64,000 bases of DNA, from positions 88,226,001 to 88,290,000 of the forward strand of contig OY740788.1 of NCBI GenBank assembly GCA_963514005.1. The letters are read 5' to 3'. A program made the position numbers and the translations under genes. The first letter of the stretch is position 1, and each line of letters begins with the position of its first letter. Below are positions 38,483 to 47,337 of this stretch, piece after piece. This DNA comes from Raja brachyura. Its lineage: Eukaryota. The notes beneath the pieces are model-generated. The model made no database searches, was not told the origin of the DNA, and saw only the letters and a program-made list of their open reading frames with translations.

Positions 38483-39562
38483 TCATGCGGGGACATCTCC
38501 ACGTTCTTGACCTGCATTCAGCACGGCTTCTGCGAACTGTAGAGGAGCAGCAACAGGCTTGTTATAAAAACGCTGGAACACAGCTTCATTCGCCCATCCT
38601 GCTGTGGCGAGAATTTGGTCCATGGGCACCTCCATGACCCTCGCCGCTGACGTCGATGCAGCCCTGGTGGAATGAGACTTGAACACATTAATGTCGATAC
38701 CTGACTTACCCAAGACGACTCGAAGCCACCTGGATATCGTCTGGACTGTCACTCGATGATGAGGTCTCTTATGAGTGACAAGCAGGTATCTCTCCATTCC
38801 TCTGATGCGTGCCGTCACCTTGACATAGTGGCGGATATGTGAGGCTAAACATAGCCTAGCATCTGCGGGGTATGCCGGGAACTTCAGCTGCAGCCCTGTG
38901 CACCCAGGTCTATGCTGCTTTAGTAGCTCGTCAATGAAAAAGACTACTTCTGTAGGGGTAGATGTCATTCTGTCGACACGAAGTTTGTGTAGTGTCTGTA
39001 CCCTCTGAGCTGAAGTCAGCGCTAGTAACATCACCAGCTTCATGGTGAGTTGGTCCAGTTGGAGCCCTTCCATGGGAGACCACGTCCTGAGCAGGGTTAA
39101 TACGTCCCTGACATCCCAGGTGATATTATAGCGTGATGTAGGCGGATTCATATTGAATATACCCCGCATGAGTCTGGACACTAGCCTGTTGGACCCTACC
39201 CCAATCTTGAGGTAGAATGATAGCGCACTTCTGGCGCTGTTGATGGCACTGTAACTTAAGTGTTCATCATGGTGCAACCCCGCGAGGAATTCCAGGACGT
39301 CGGTTATTGTCACGTCATCGTACGTGATGCGAGAACGGCTGCAGTAGGCTTCCCACTTCTTAATATGCGAGCGGTATCTTCGCCTTGTGGACTCTCGACA
39401 CGACGCCCCGATGGTATCCATGGTCCGAGCCGAGAGGCCGTATTGGACTAACGGCCTGTTCAGAACCTGCAAGCCAACAAATTTAAATAGCCATGGCAGG
39501 GATGTGGCTCCCCTGAGACAGGGTGAGTAACCAATTGTGGGCAACCCTTCAAAAGGACCCAA
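38483..39562 (-). CDS. DIRS tyrosine recombinase
   Basis: Catalytic R (SAQR), HSTR, AGW and Y (FQRFY) are all present. Confidence 0.95.
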   Translation of the reverse strand: MGPFEGLPTIGYSPCLRGATSLPWLFKFVGLQVLNRPLVQYGLSARTMDTIGASCRESTRRRYRSHIKKWEAYCSRSRITYDDVTITDVLEFLAGLHHDEHLSYSAINSARSALSFYLKIGVGSNRLVSRLMRGIFNMNPPTSRYNITWDVRDVLTLLRTWSPMEGLQLDQLTMKLVMLLALTSAQRVQTLHKLRVDRMTSTPTEVVFFIDELLKQHRPGCTGLQLKFPAYPADARLCLASHIRHYVKVTARIRGMERYLLVTHKRPHHRVTVQTISRWLRVVLGKSGIDINVFKSHSTRAASTSAARVMEVPMDQILATAGWANEAVFQRFYNKPVAAPLQFAEAVLNAGQERGDVPA

Positions 39563-41586
39563 GGTTCGTTGAGCATGTCAAAGACCACTGGATACCAAGG
39601 CTGTGTGGGCCAGTCGGGTATAATAAGGATGCCCTTGGCAGCATCTGCCTGAATCTTTCGCAATACCCGACTGATGAGGCAAAACGGAGGGAAGGCATAG
39701 AAAAACCAATTCCCCCAGTCCAGCGAGAATGCATCTAGCGCTATTGCCCCAGGATCTGGTTCCCATGAAACGTAGGCTGGTACCTGATGGTTCAACCGTG
39801 ACGCAAAAAGGTCAATGTCCGGTTTACCAAATTTGGCTGTGACTTTAGAAAAAATCTCAGGATGCAACATCCATTCAATGTTGTCATTAAATTTGCGTGA
39901 CCTGGTGTCCGCCACAGTATTAAGCTCACCTGGCAAATAGGTAGCTGAAATCCAAATGTCTCTTTGAACACACCAGAGCCAAATTGAGTTAGCCAATTTG
40001 TCACACGAAACTGACCTGGTACCACCCATATGGTTTAAATATGCCACAGCTGTGGTGTTGTCTATTTGGAGACGGACGTGTGCTCCAACAAGCTTGGAAC
40101 AATATGCACGAAGTCCGTGGAATGCTGCCAGCAACTCCAAATAGTTAATCCCTTGAGTCAACAACATCGATGCCTCAAGGGTGTCCCATCTGCCCCCACA
40201 ACTAGAGCAATTATCAGTAGCTCCCCAGCCATTGGATCTTGCATCAGTCTGTAAATATACCACCGGATTAGCCTCCCTGACAGGCTTAAATGAGTTGCTA
40301 ATGTGACACACCCACCATTGCAACTCAGTTATCGCTTCGGACGGCAGCTGCATTGATCGATCGTAATGACCAGCGTTCCGTTTTAACGCAGTAATTTTAG
40401 CTCTTTGCAAATTCTGATAATGCAAAGGTCCATATCGTGCTGCCGGAAACAAAGCCACTAGCTTGCCAATTACTGTGACTGTATGCCGAATCGATGGTAT
40501 ATTGGTGCCAATTAAATCTCTGCACACCTTAGTGACTTCCTCAATTTTGTTAATTGGTATAGTTATCCTCATGCTCATTGAGTTCACCGTGAACCCTAGG
40601 TAATTAATTACCTGGGCAGGGCAGAACTTCGATTTCTCTGGATGGACAATGAATCCTAATTGTTGAAATATATTGACAGCAGCTGCAACACCCTGTTCAG
40701 CCAATTGCAGGGTGTGGCCCACAATAAAGACATCATCTAAATAGGCCATAACTATATGATGTCGTTGTCTCAAATAAGCCATGATTGGCTTCACCAATTT
40801 AGTGAACAATCTAGGGGCTGTAGTGAGCCCATTAGGCAAAGCCTTATACTGCCAAAGTTGCCCCATCCAGATAAATTTCAAAAACCTTCTATCATATTTC
40901 TGGATGGATACTGAATAATATGCATCCCTCAAATCAATGCATGCCATAAAGCAGCCATGAGAAATCAATGATTTGGCTGTTTCAAACTTATCCATTTTAA
41001 AATGAGTATATGTTACAAACGTATTCAAACGGGTTAGATCAATAATGACACGACAGCCTCCATCCTTCTTAGGTCTAGTAAATATGTTCGAAACAAATTC
41101 GATTGGCTCATGCACCGTTTTCTCAATCACACCCTTCTGCTCCATACTTAAAATTTCCTTATAACCTGCTGCCTGTTCTGCAGCAGACAATTTGAACGTA
41201 CGACCAGGCATGTGCTGAGATGGAGGAATGTCGCCATTAATAAACTCAATTTTATGCCCCTGAATATTCCGCAACACATACTCATCACCAGTAAAATTAC
41301 CCCATGCATCCAAAAACAACCGTAAACGACCACCAACATGGGAAGTTAAACAGAGAGAAAAGAGAGAACCAGACCCCTTCACCTCCGTGGTTACCGGCGG
41401 TCCTTGACACGTGTGGGTGGCCGTGGAGGTGCTGGGTTGGCTTGAGGGCGCGGCGTCTTCGATTTCCACAAAGGTCTCTGCCGACCCTGTCCTAAAAAAG
41501 ACCCTTGGTGCTGGTTCTGGTGCTGTTGTCGTTGTGGAGCTAGAGGGCGAGACCTCGTCGAGGCACTGGCCGACCCTCGTGAGCAA
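39460..41586 (-). CDS. DIRS reverse transcriptase + RNase H + Dam-like methyltransferase domain
   Basis: IDLRDAY, LPNG, YLDD; TDA, INYLEL, DNTTA, ADTRSR; DLFAS...YAFPPF. Confidence 0.95.
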   Translation of the reverse strand: MLTRVGQCLDEVSPSSSTTTTAPEPAPRVFFRTGSAETFVEIEDAAPSSQPSTSTATHTCQGPPVTTEVKGSGSLFSLCLTSHVGGRLRLFLDAWGNFTGDEYVLRNIQGHKIEFINGDIPPSQHMPGRTFKLSAAEQAAGYKEILSMEQKGVIEKTVHEPIEFVSNIFTRPKKDGGCRVIIDLTRLNTFVTYTHFKMDKFETAKSLISHGCFMACIDLRDAYYSVSIQKYDRRFLKFIWMGQLWQYKALPNGLTTAPRLFTKLVKPIMAYLRQRHHIVMAYLDDVFIVGHTLQLAEQGVAAAVNIFQQLGFIVHPEKSKFCPAQVINYLGFTVNSMSMRITIPINKIEEVTKVCRDLIGTNIPSIRHTVTVIGKLVALFPAARYGPLHYQNLQRAKITALKRNAGHYDRSMQLPSEAITELQWWVCHISNSFKPVREANPVVYLQTDARSNGWGATDNCSSCGGRWDTLEASMLLTQGINYLELLAAFHGLRAYCSKLVGAHVRLQIDNTTAVAYLNHMGGTRSVSCDKLANSIWLWCVQRDIWISATYLPGELNTVADTRSRKFNDNIEWMLHPEIFSKVTAKFGKPDIDLFASRLNHQVPAYVSWEPDPGAIALDAFSLDWGNWFFYAFPPFCLISRVLRKIQADAAKGILIIPDWPTQPWYPVVFDMLNEPWVLLKGCPQLVTHPVSGEPHPCHGYLNLLACRF

Positions 41587-43250
41587 ATGTATGGAGCTTT
41601 TGAGCCTGACGGTGTGGGGGCACTCTGAGAGCGCATGATCCCCACCGTTTTGGCTTGTTCGTCAAGCTCTTTGGCTCTCTTCGAGAGGTCCTCACCAAAG
41701 AGCTGACGGGGCGGCGGCGGCGGTGGTGGTTTGCACAATCCTGCAAACTTCGGGTTGAGTGCTGGGCGGATGCTGTTTTTGCGAAACCCGTTGATTTCGT
41801 GCTGGGTTGCGCACAATAAGGCCAGAGCATCTTCCTGGTCCAAATTCAGTTCGTCCCCGTCCACCGACCGCGCAAAGGTGGTAATACCGGCCGTGAGGAG
41901 TTTCAGGATCCGCTGCAATTTTAGCTCCTGTTGACGGATAGCCGCACTGATGTTGCCCCATATTGGCGTATTGACCACAGGCACGTTGAGGGAGTTGCAG
42001 TTTGATGGAGCCTTGTGACGGCTCATAGCCTGGATGAGGACTTCTTCCTGCAGCACCTGATTATTAAGAAAGTCCACTGTGGCTGCCAGCTTTGTATTTA
42101 GAGGAAGACCAGCCGTATGTGGGGCCGCGAATTTGGTCGCCACATCCAAGAGTTCCTCCGCTGGCACCTCCAACGGGGGTGGTACGGGATCCACCAGAAC
42201 CTCCTCCTCCTGCTGCTCCAGGCTGATAGTAGATGTTGGTGAAGACGCCCTGTGCCTGTTGCTGCCCTGCTGTAGTTGACGTTGAAGCAGGAGCTCCAGC
42301 AGCCGCTCCATACGGTCAATACGCCCTTCACCCTGAACACTCAGGTGGTCGGAGTCCTCCGGCTCTGAAAAGAAAACTGGTCTCCTGTCATCGGCCCGCA
42401 CCTCGTCGAGGCCCTGCCGGTGCCGGTAGTTGTCGCTAACAGCCGCCGAGGCGAAACTGCGCGATTCCTGCGCGGGCGTGTTCAATCGCCTCCGTTTAGC
42501 GAGAGCTGAAGCCGCTGCCACTAAGGGCACTCGCGGCGAGGTGTCGGCACCAGCCGAAGCATGGCTGCCTGGGGCCCGCGCAGTCTTGCCGGCTGGCCAC
42601 ATCGTGGACGTTGCCGACGCATGGTCTCGCCCACCCATCCATGGGGGGCTCGGCGACCGTGACGAGACCCGACTCGACCGACCCGTCCCGGCGTCGAGAG
42701 TCGGGGTGTGCCGGCTGGACCTCACAGCCGCCCCGGGTCTTGCCCTGGAACCTGACCGCTCCTCCGCGATAGGCAATGCCTTAGCCCTAACAGGGTTAGG
42801 CTTCTGGGCTCCTGCCCTCCCCCTTCTCGGAGGGCTGAGTGGAACAGGCCGTGCAACGGCACGTGCCCTGCTCGAGGTCGCCAGCGAGCCCGCTGACGAC
42901 CTGACTGCCATGGCAGGGTCCCCCTGCTCTGGCGGCACACCACACTCCTCCTCGTCGAACTCCTCCGAGCTGTGGTGTGCTGGCGGATCTGGACCTGTAA
43001 TCACAGGGCTTACCCACATCTCCGCCTGAGTCCCGGCCTGCGCTGCAGGTACTGCCGATGGTAAAGGCCCCGGAACTGTTGACCGGCGAACTCGTCCTGA
43101 CGTCCTCCGGCCCTTCGAACTCCCATCCATGTCCTTGCTGCAAGACATAACCAACAACAAGGACCACCAACTAAAGGTAGAATACTCACCTCCGTGGCCC
43201 CTTATGAAGGGCTGGCAAGGAGCGCGCTCCACCGCCAGCCGTCGCAGCAA
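41391..43250 (-). CDS. DIRS ORF1 (gag-like)
   Basis: 619-aa open frame with a low-complexity N-terminus and conserved C-terminal part (VPVVN..IW, RKNSIRPALN, LFG). True start uncertain. Confidence 0.85.
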   Translation of the reverse strand: MLRRLAVERAPCQPFIRGHGGEYSTFSWWSLLLVMSCSKDMDGSSKGRRTSGRVRRSTVPGPLPSAVPAAQAGTQAEMWVSPVITGPDPPAHHSSEEFDEEECGVPPEQGDPAMAVRSSAGSLATSSRARAVARPVPLSPPRRGRAGAQKPNPVRAKALPIAEERSGSRARPGAAVRSSRHTPTLDAGTGRSSRVSSRSPSPPWMGGRDHASATSTMWPAGKTARAPGSHASAGADTSPRVPLVAAASALAKRRRLNTPAQESRSFASAAVSDNYRHRQGLDEVRADDRRPVFFSEPEDSDHLSVQGEGRIDRMERLLELLLQRQLQQGSNRHRASSPTSTISLEQQEEEVLVDPVPPPLEVPAEELLDVATKFAAPHTAGLPLNTKLAATVDFLNNQVLQEEVLIQAMSRHKAPSNCNSLNVPVVNTPIWGNISAAIRQQELKLQRILKLLTAGITTFARSVDGDELNLDQEDALALLCATQHEINGFRKNSIRPALNPKFAGLCKPPPPPPPRQLFGEDLSKRAKELDEQAKTVGIMRSQSAPTPSGSKAPYICSRGSASASTRSRPLAPQRQQHQNQHQGSFLGQGRQRPLWKSKTPRPQANPAPPRPPTRVKDRR

Positions 43251-44267
43251 CGCGTTACGACGATATGTCGAGCATGCGCGCCGGCGGGCTCTTCACGAAG
43301 TCACTCACGTGACTCCGAAATGAAATTATGCCTACCGAAGAGATCAGTCTCTTACACAGGCATAATTCTCCATGCCTTTACTATTTATATTTAATAATTC
43401 CCATTTCATAATTTTAGTCAGGGTAGGCAGTGCCTACCTTGCCTACCCTGACGGCACATGCCTGCTCAGTACATGGGTTAATAATAGACTAATATCAATG
43501 CAAATGTGTGTAGGGCAGAGAGATGGTGTCTGCCAAGTATTTTATCCATTTTTTTCTTTCAACCATCCACTACTGATCAAGTCTTTTTGTTATGGAAGAG
43601 GAAGCGTTTAGTAGCTTTTCGTGATTTGTTCTTGCAGGGTTGTTTATGTCTTTCAAACAACTCTCCAATAAATATAACTTACCTAACTCACACTTTTTTA
43701 GATATTTACAAATTTGACACTTTTTGAAGGCTACTCTACCCCTTTTTCTGCTACCACATCAAACCGAAATTTTGGAAAATGTTTTACAGTTGAACCCGTA
43801 TCAGAAAGGATTAATAACGACTATTTATGAGTTGATTTTGAAATTACAAATAGATACATTTGATAAAATTAAGAATGACTGGGAAAGAGAACGCCAAACT
43901 TCTTTATCTATAGAGAAATGGGAGAGGATTCTTCAATTAGTCAATACCTCTTCAATGTGTGCAAGACACGCTCTGATACAAATCAAGGTGGTTCACAGAG
44001 CTCATATGTCAAAAGATAAGTTGGCTCGTTTTTATGGTCATATAAACCTTACCTGTGACAGATGTAACTCTGAAGTGGCCTCTCTGACCCATATGTTTTG
44101 GTCCTGCCCACTTTTGGAAAAATATTGGAAAGAAATCTTTGATAATATTTCTGTAGTTTTAGGTTTTGATTTACAACCTCATCCTATTACTGCAATTTTT
44201 GGGCTACCAATGTTCGATTCTATTCATTTGTCCCGCTCCGCCCATCGGCTGATTGCTTTTACCACAT

Positions 44268-45080
44268 TAGAAACATAGAAACATAGAAAATAGGTGCAGG
44301 AGTAGGCCATTCGGCCCTTCGAGCCTGCACCGCCATTCAATGTGATCATGGCTGATCATCCAACTCAGTATCCCGCACCTGCCTTCTCTCCATACCCCCT
44401 GATCCCTTTAGCCACAAGTGCCACATCTAACGCCCTCTTAAATATAGCCAATGAACTGGCCTCAACTACCTTCTCTGGCAGAGAATTCCAGAGACTCACC
44501 ACTCTCTGTGTAAAGAATGTTTTCCTCATTTCGGTCCGAAAGGAATTCCCCCTTATCCTTAGATTGTGACCCCTTGTTCTGGACTCCCCCAACATCGGGA
44601 ACAATCTTCCAGCATCTAGCTTGTCCAACCCCTTAAGAATTTTGTAAGTTTCTATAAGATCCCCCCTCAATCTTCTAAATTCCAGCGAGTACAAGCCGAG
44701 TCTATCCCATCTTTCCTCATATGAAAGTCCTGACATCCCAGGAATCAGTCTGGTGAATCTTCTCTGTACCCCCTCTATGGCAAGGATGTCTTTCCTCAGA
44801 TTTGGAGACCAAAACTGTACACAATACTCCAGGTGTGGCCTCATCAAAACCCTGTACAACTGCAGTAGAACCTCCCTGCTCCTATACTCAAATCCTTTCG
44901 CTATGAATGCTAACATACCATTTGCTTTCTTCACTGCCTGCTGCACCTGCATGCCTACTTTCAATGACTGGTGTACCATGACACCCAGGTCTCGTTGCAT
45001 GTCCCCCTTTCCTAATCTGCCACCATTCAGATAATAGTCTACCCTCATGTTTTTGCCACCAAAGTGGATAACCTCACATT
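44268..45080 (-). mobile_element. 5'-truncated CR1 nested in L1
   Basis: ORF 44365-45048. CACATTA at both junctions. Confidence 0.95.
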
Positions 45081-45263
45081 AATCGCCAGAAGATCTATTT
45101 TATTTAAATGGAAAGACTCCAACCCTCCGACCACACTCCAGTGGTATTCTGAAACAATATCACGTATAAATTTAGAAAAAATTAGGAGTGACATTGTTGA
45201 ACCCTTGGTTAAATTTGATAAGACTTGGGGAATATTTATTCAACACTTTGATACAATATAAAT

Positions 45264-46300
45264 AAGCAATGTTACAAAATTTTGAGATTTTAAAAATCAA
45301 GTCTGCAATTTATCCCATCAGATAAAGCATAAAAAGAAGTTTAATTTGACACCTAATTTACTTGCATATATTCAGTATTAAGAAAGTTATGGCCATTTTC
45401 ATATTCGGAAATTAGCATCTTGCTCCCCATTGCCTTTCAATTGACTTAACTCAAAAGCTGTGATCTGGAACAGTTAAAAGCCCATAACTTTCTTAAAAAT
45501 TAAGAGAACTCAATGAAATTTTCAGTTATTATAGATTGAAGCATATAGATTGAGACAAATATGAAACAATCTTACTTGGATGACCTGAAATTAAAGCATA
45601 TAATTAGTTAGTTATCTAATTGTAGCTAATTACAAAATTCAATGAGTAGATCTAAACATCTATCCATTTCTTAAGAAAAGATAAACTTTTTTAAAATTGC
45701 CTAGGTGTCCAAATAACATTCACACAATAATCCACAATATAACATAATTTTTAAATCTAATTTTCATGAATTTCTGGGCCAAATGGAAGGAATTTAGTGT
45801 TTGATTCCTGTAAATTAATGGCCATTTAAATCAACTAGTGAGTGGGTTTTAGTGGAATGCGGTGGATTGGAACGTTGCGGTTAGCGGTGAAGTCAGGAGG
45901 AAAAATACTGTTTGTTCATACGTTTTTTGGGACCCCATTTCGCAACATAAAAATATTATTAAAGCCTCCCGAAAAACCAACTTTTAATATAAAAATAAAC
46001 TATTTACCTTTTTTTCTCCCCTACGCAAAATCCTTCCGGTTGTCTGCGCTCACGGCTTTTGAAGATGATTTTTAAATTACTCTAGTTAATAAATAATTTA
46101 GAGTAATTTAAAAATACCTTCATTCATGAAATGTCGGAGCGATTTTTCTTCCGCAACGAAATTGCCCGACATTCATCGATTTTCCAGGTCTGTTGAAAAA
46201 CGGCACTTTAAGCCCGCCCCCCTCTGAAAGGCGCCAAAGTCGCGCACACGGGGAGCGGCAGAACTGCAGCGCTGGTAAAGGTAAGTTATGCAACATACCT
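45264..46300. mobile_element. Non-autonomous DNA transposon (hAT-like) in the L1 3' UTR
   Basis: ATATAAAT at 45256-45263 and 46301-46308. Imperfect TIR AAGCAATGTTACA vs AGGTATGTTGCA. Confidence 0.55.
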
Positions 46301-47007
46301 ATATAAATTGTTCCCTCTTTATCCGTTATAAAAACTATTTTACTTCGATATGGTGGAATGGACTTGACGTCATACAGACTTAAATTGTTGAAACTTTTAG
46401 TTCAGATTTTGTTTTGCTTTGTTTAGTTTGTATTTATTTATTTTATTTTTTATTATTAATTTTTTTTGTTATTTTTTTATTTATTTTTTTTAGTTTCAGG
46501 GGGTTTTGCTTTTTGCTTTTTGCTTTTTGTCTTTTTATTTTGGTGTTTTTTTCTACATTTATAAGTTTTCTTTTAAAGATTTAACTATATTTACATGGAG
46601 ACCGGGAGGTCTATACTCAATGTGTATTTTGCCATTGGTCCCATATCAGGTTATACCTGTTATTAATGTAATCCTGATCCCTGTGCATCACTATCATTGT
46701 TATGTGCATCACTATTTTTTTCTTCCACTGTTTTTTTTAATGTTTTATTTTTGTTTTCTTTGGAAAAAAACCAATAAAAAGATTTTAAAAGAAAGAAAGC
46801 AAATGTGTGTAGGCCAGAGAGATGGTGTTTGCCAAGGATCTGTTTTGTTGCTGGGTGAATTGTAATGGATCAAGGCTGTCTTTGCCAGCAAACATATTAC
46901 TCCAATTAACCTTTGCAAGCTCTTTTCTAATACTGTTAAAATTAGCCTTCCCTAATTAAAAATTTAAATTGTGGACTAGTTCTGTTCTTTTCCATAATTA
47001 TTTTAAA

Positions 47008-47318
47008 ACGGGGCGCAGCGGTAGAGTTGCTGACTTAGAGCATTTGCAGCGCAGGAAACCCTGGTTCAATCCCGACCACAGGTGCTGTCTCTACAGAGTT
47101 TGTACGTTCTCCCTGTGACCACGTGAGTTTTCTCTGAGATTTGCAGTTTCCTCCCTCACTCCAAAGACGTACAGGTTTGTTCGTTAATTGGCTTTGTTTT
47201 GCATACTTCGTATCTGTGTAAATTGTCTCTAGAGTGTGTAGGCTTGTGTTAATGTGCAGACACGGTGAGCTAAAGGGCCTGTTTCTGCGCTGTATTTCTA
47301 AACTAAACCAAGCTAAAC
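47008..47318 (+). mobile_element. tRNA-derived V-SINE (HE1-like)
   Basis: Box A GGCGCAGCGG, box B GGTTCAATCC, core GAGTTTGTACGTTCTCCCTGTG and CTAAA-type tail. Confidence 0.85.
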
Positions 47319-47337
47319 TCATAGACCTCTGGTCATT

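Larger units (their letters stand above)
38007..43326 (-). mobile_element. Full-length DIRS1-type retrotransposon (~5.3 kb)
   Basis: ITR TTCGTGAAGAGCCCGCCGGCGCGCATGCTCGACATA at ~38070-38116 and inverted at ~43264-43299. ICR at ~38230-38341 joins the complements of both termini. AAT at both boundaries. Three open overlapping ORFs. Confidence 0.96.
36729..43464. mobile_element. Non-autonomous hAT element with 8-bp TSD, host of the complete DIRS
   Basis: CTCAGTAC at 36721-36728 and 43465-43472. Imperfect TIR CAAGCTCGTGCCGT / ACGGCACATGCCTG with subterminal TCAGGGTAGGCA. Confidence 0.85.
43538..46798 (+). mobile_element. 5'-truncated L1/Tx1-clade LINE with 38-bp flanking direct repeat, interrupted by a CR1 and a DNA element
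   Basis: CDRC..HMFWSC knuckle; frame LIAFTTL|IARRSILFKWK split by CR1; AATAAA and A-rich tail. Direct repeats at 43500-43537 and 46799-46836. Confidence 0.9.

Noticed and set aside
47008-47090. tRNA gene (also ~59110-59185)
   Set aside because: A/B boxes run into a V-SINE core and tail, so this is a SINE head and not a full cloverleaf.
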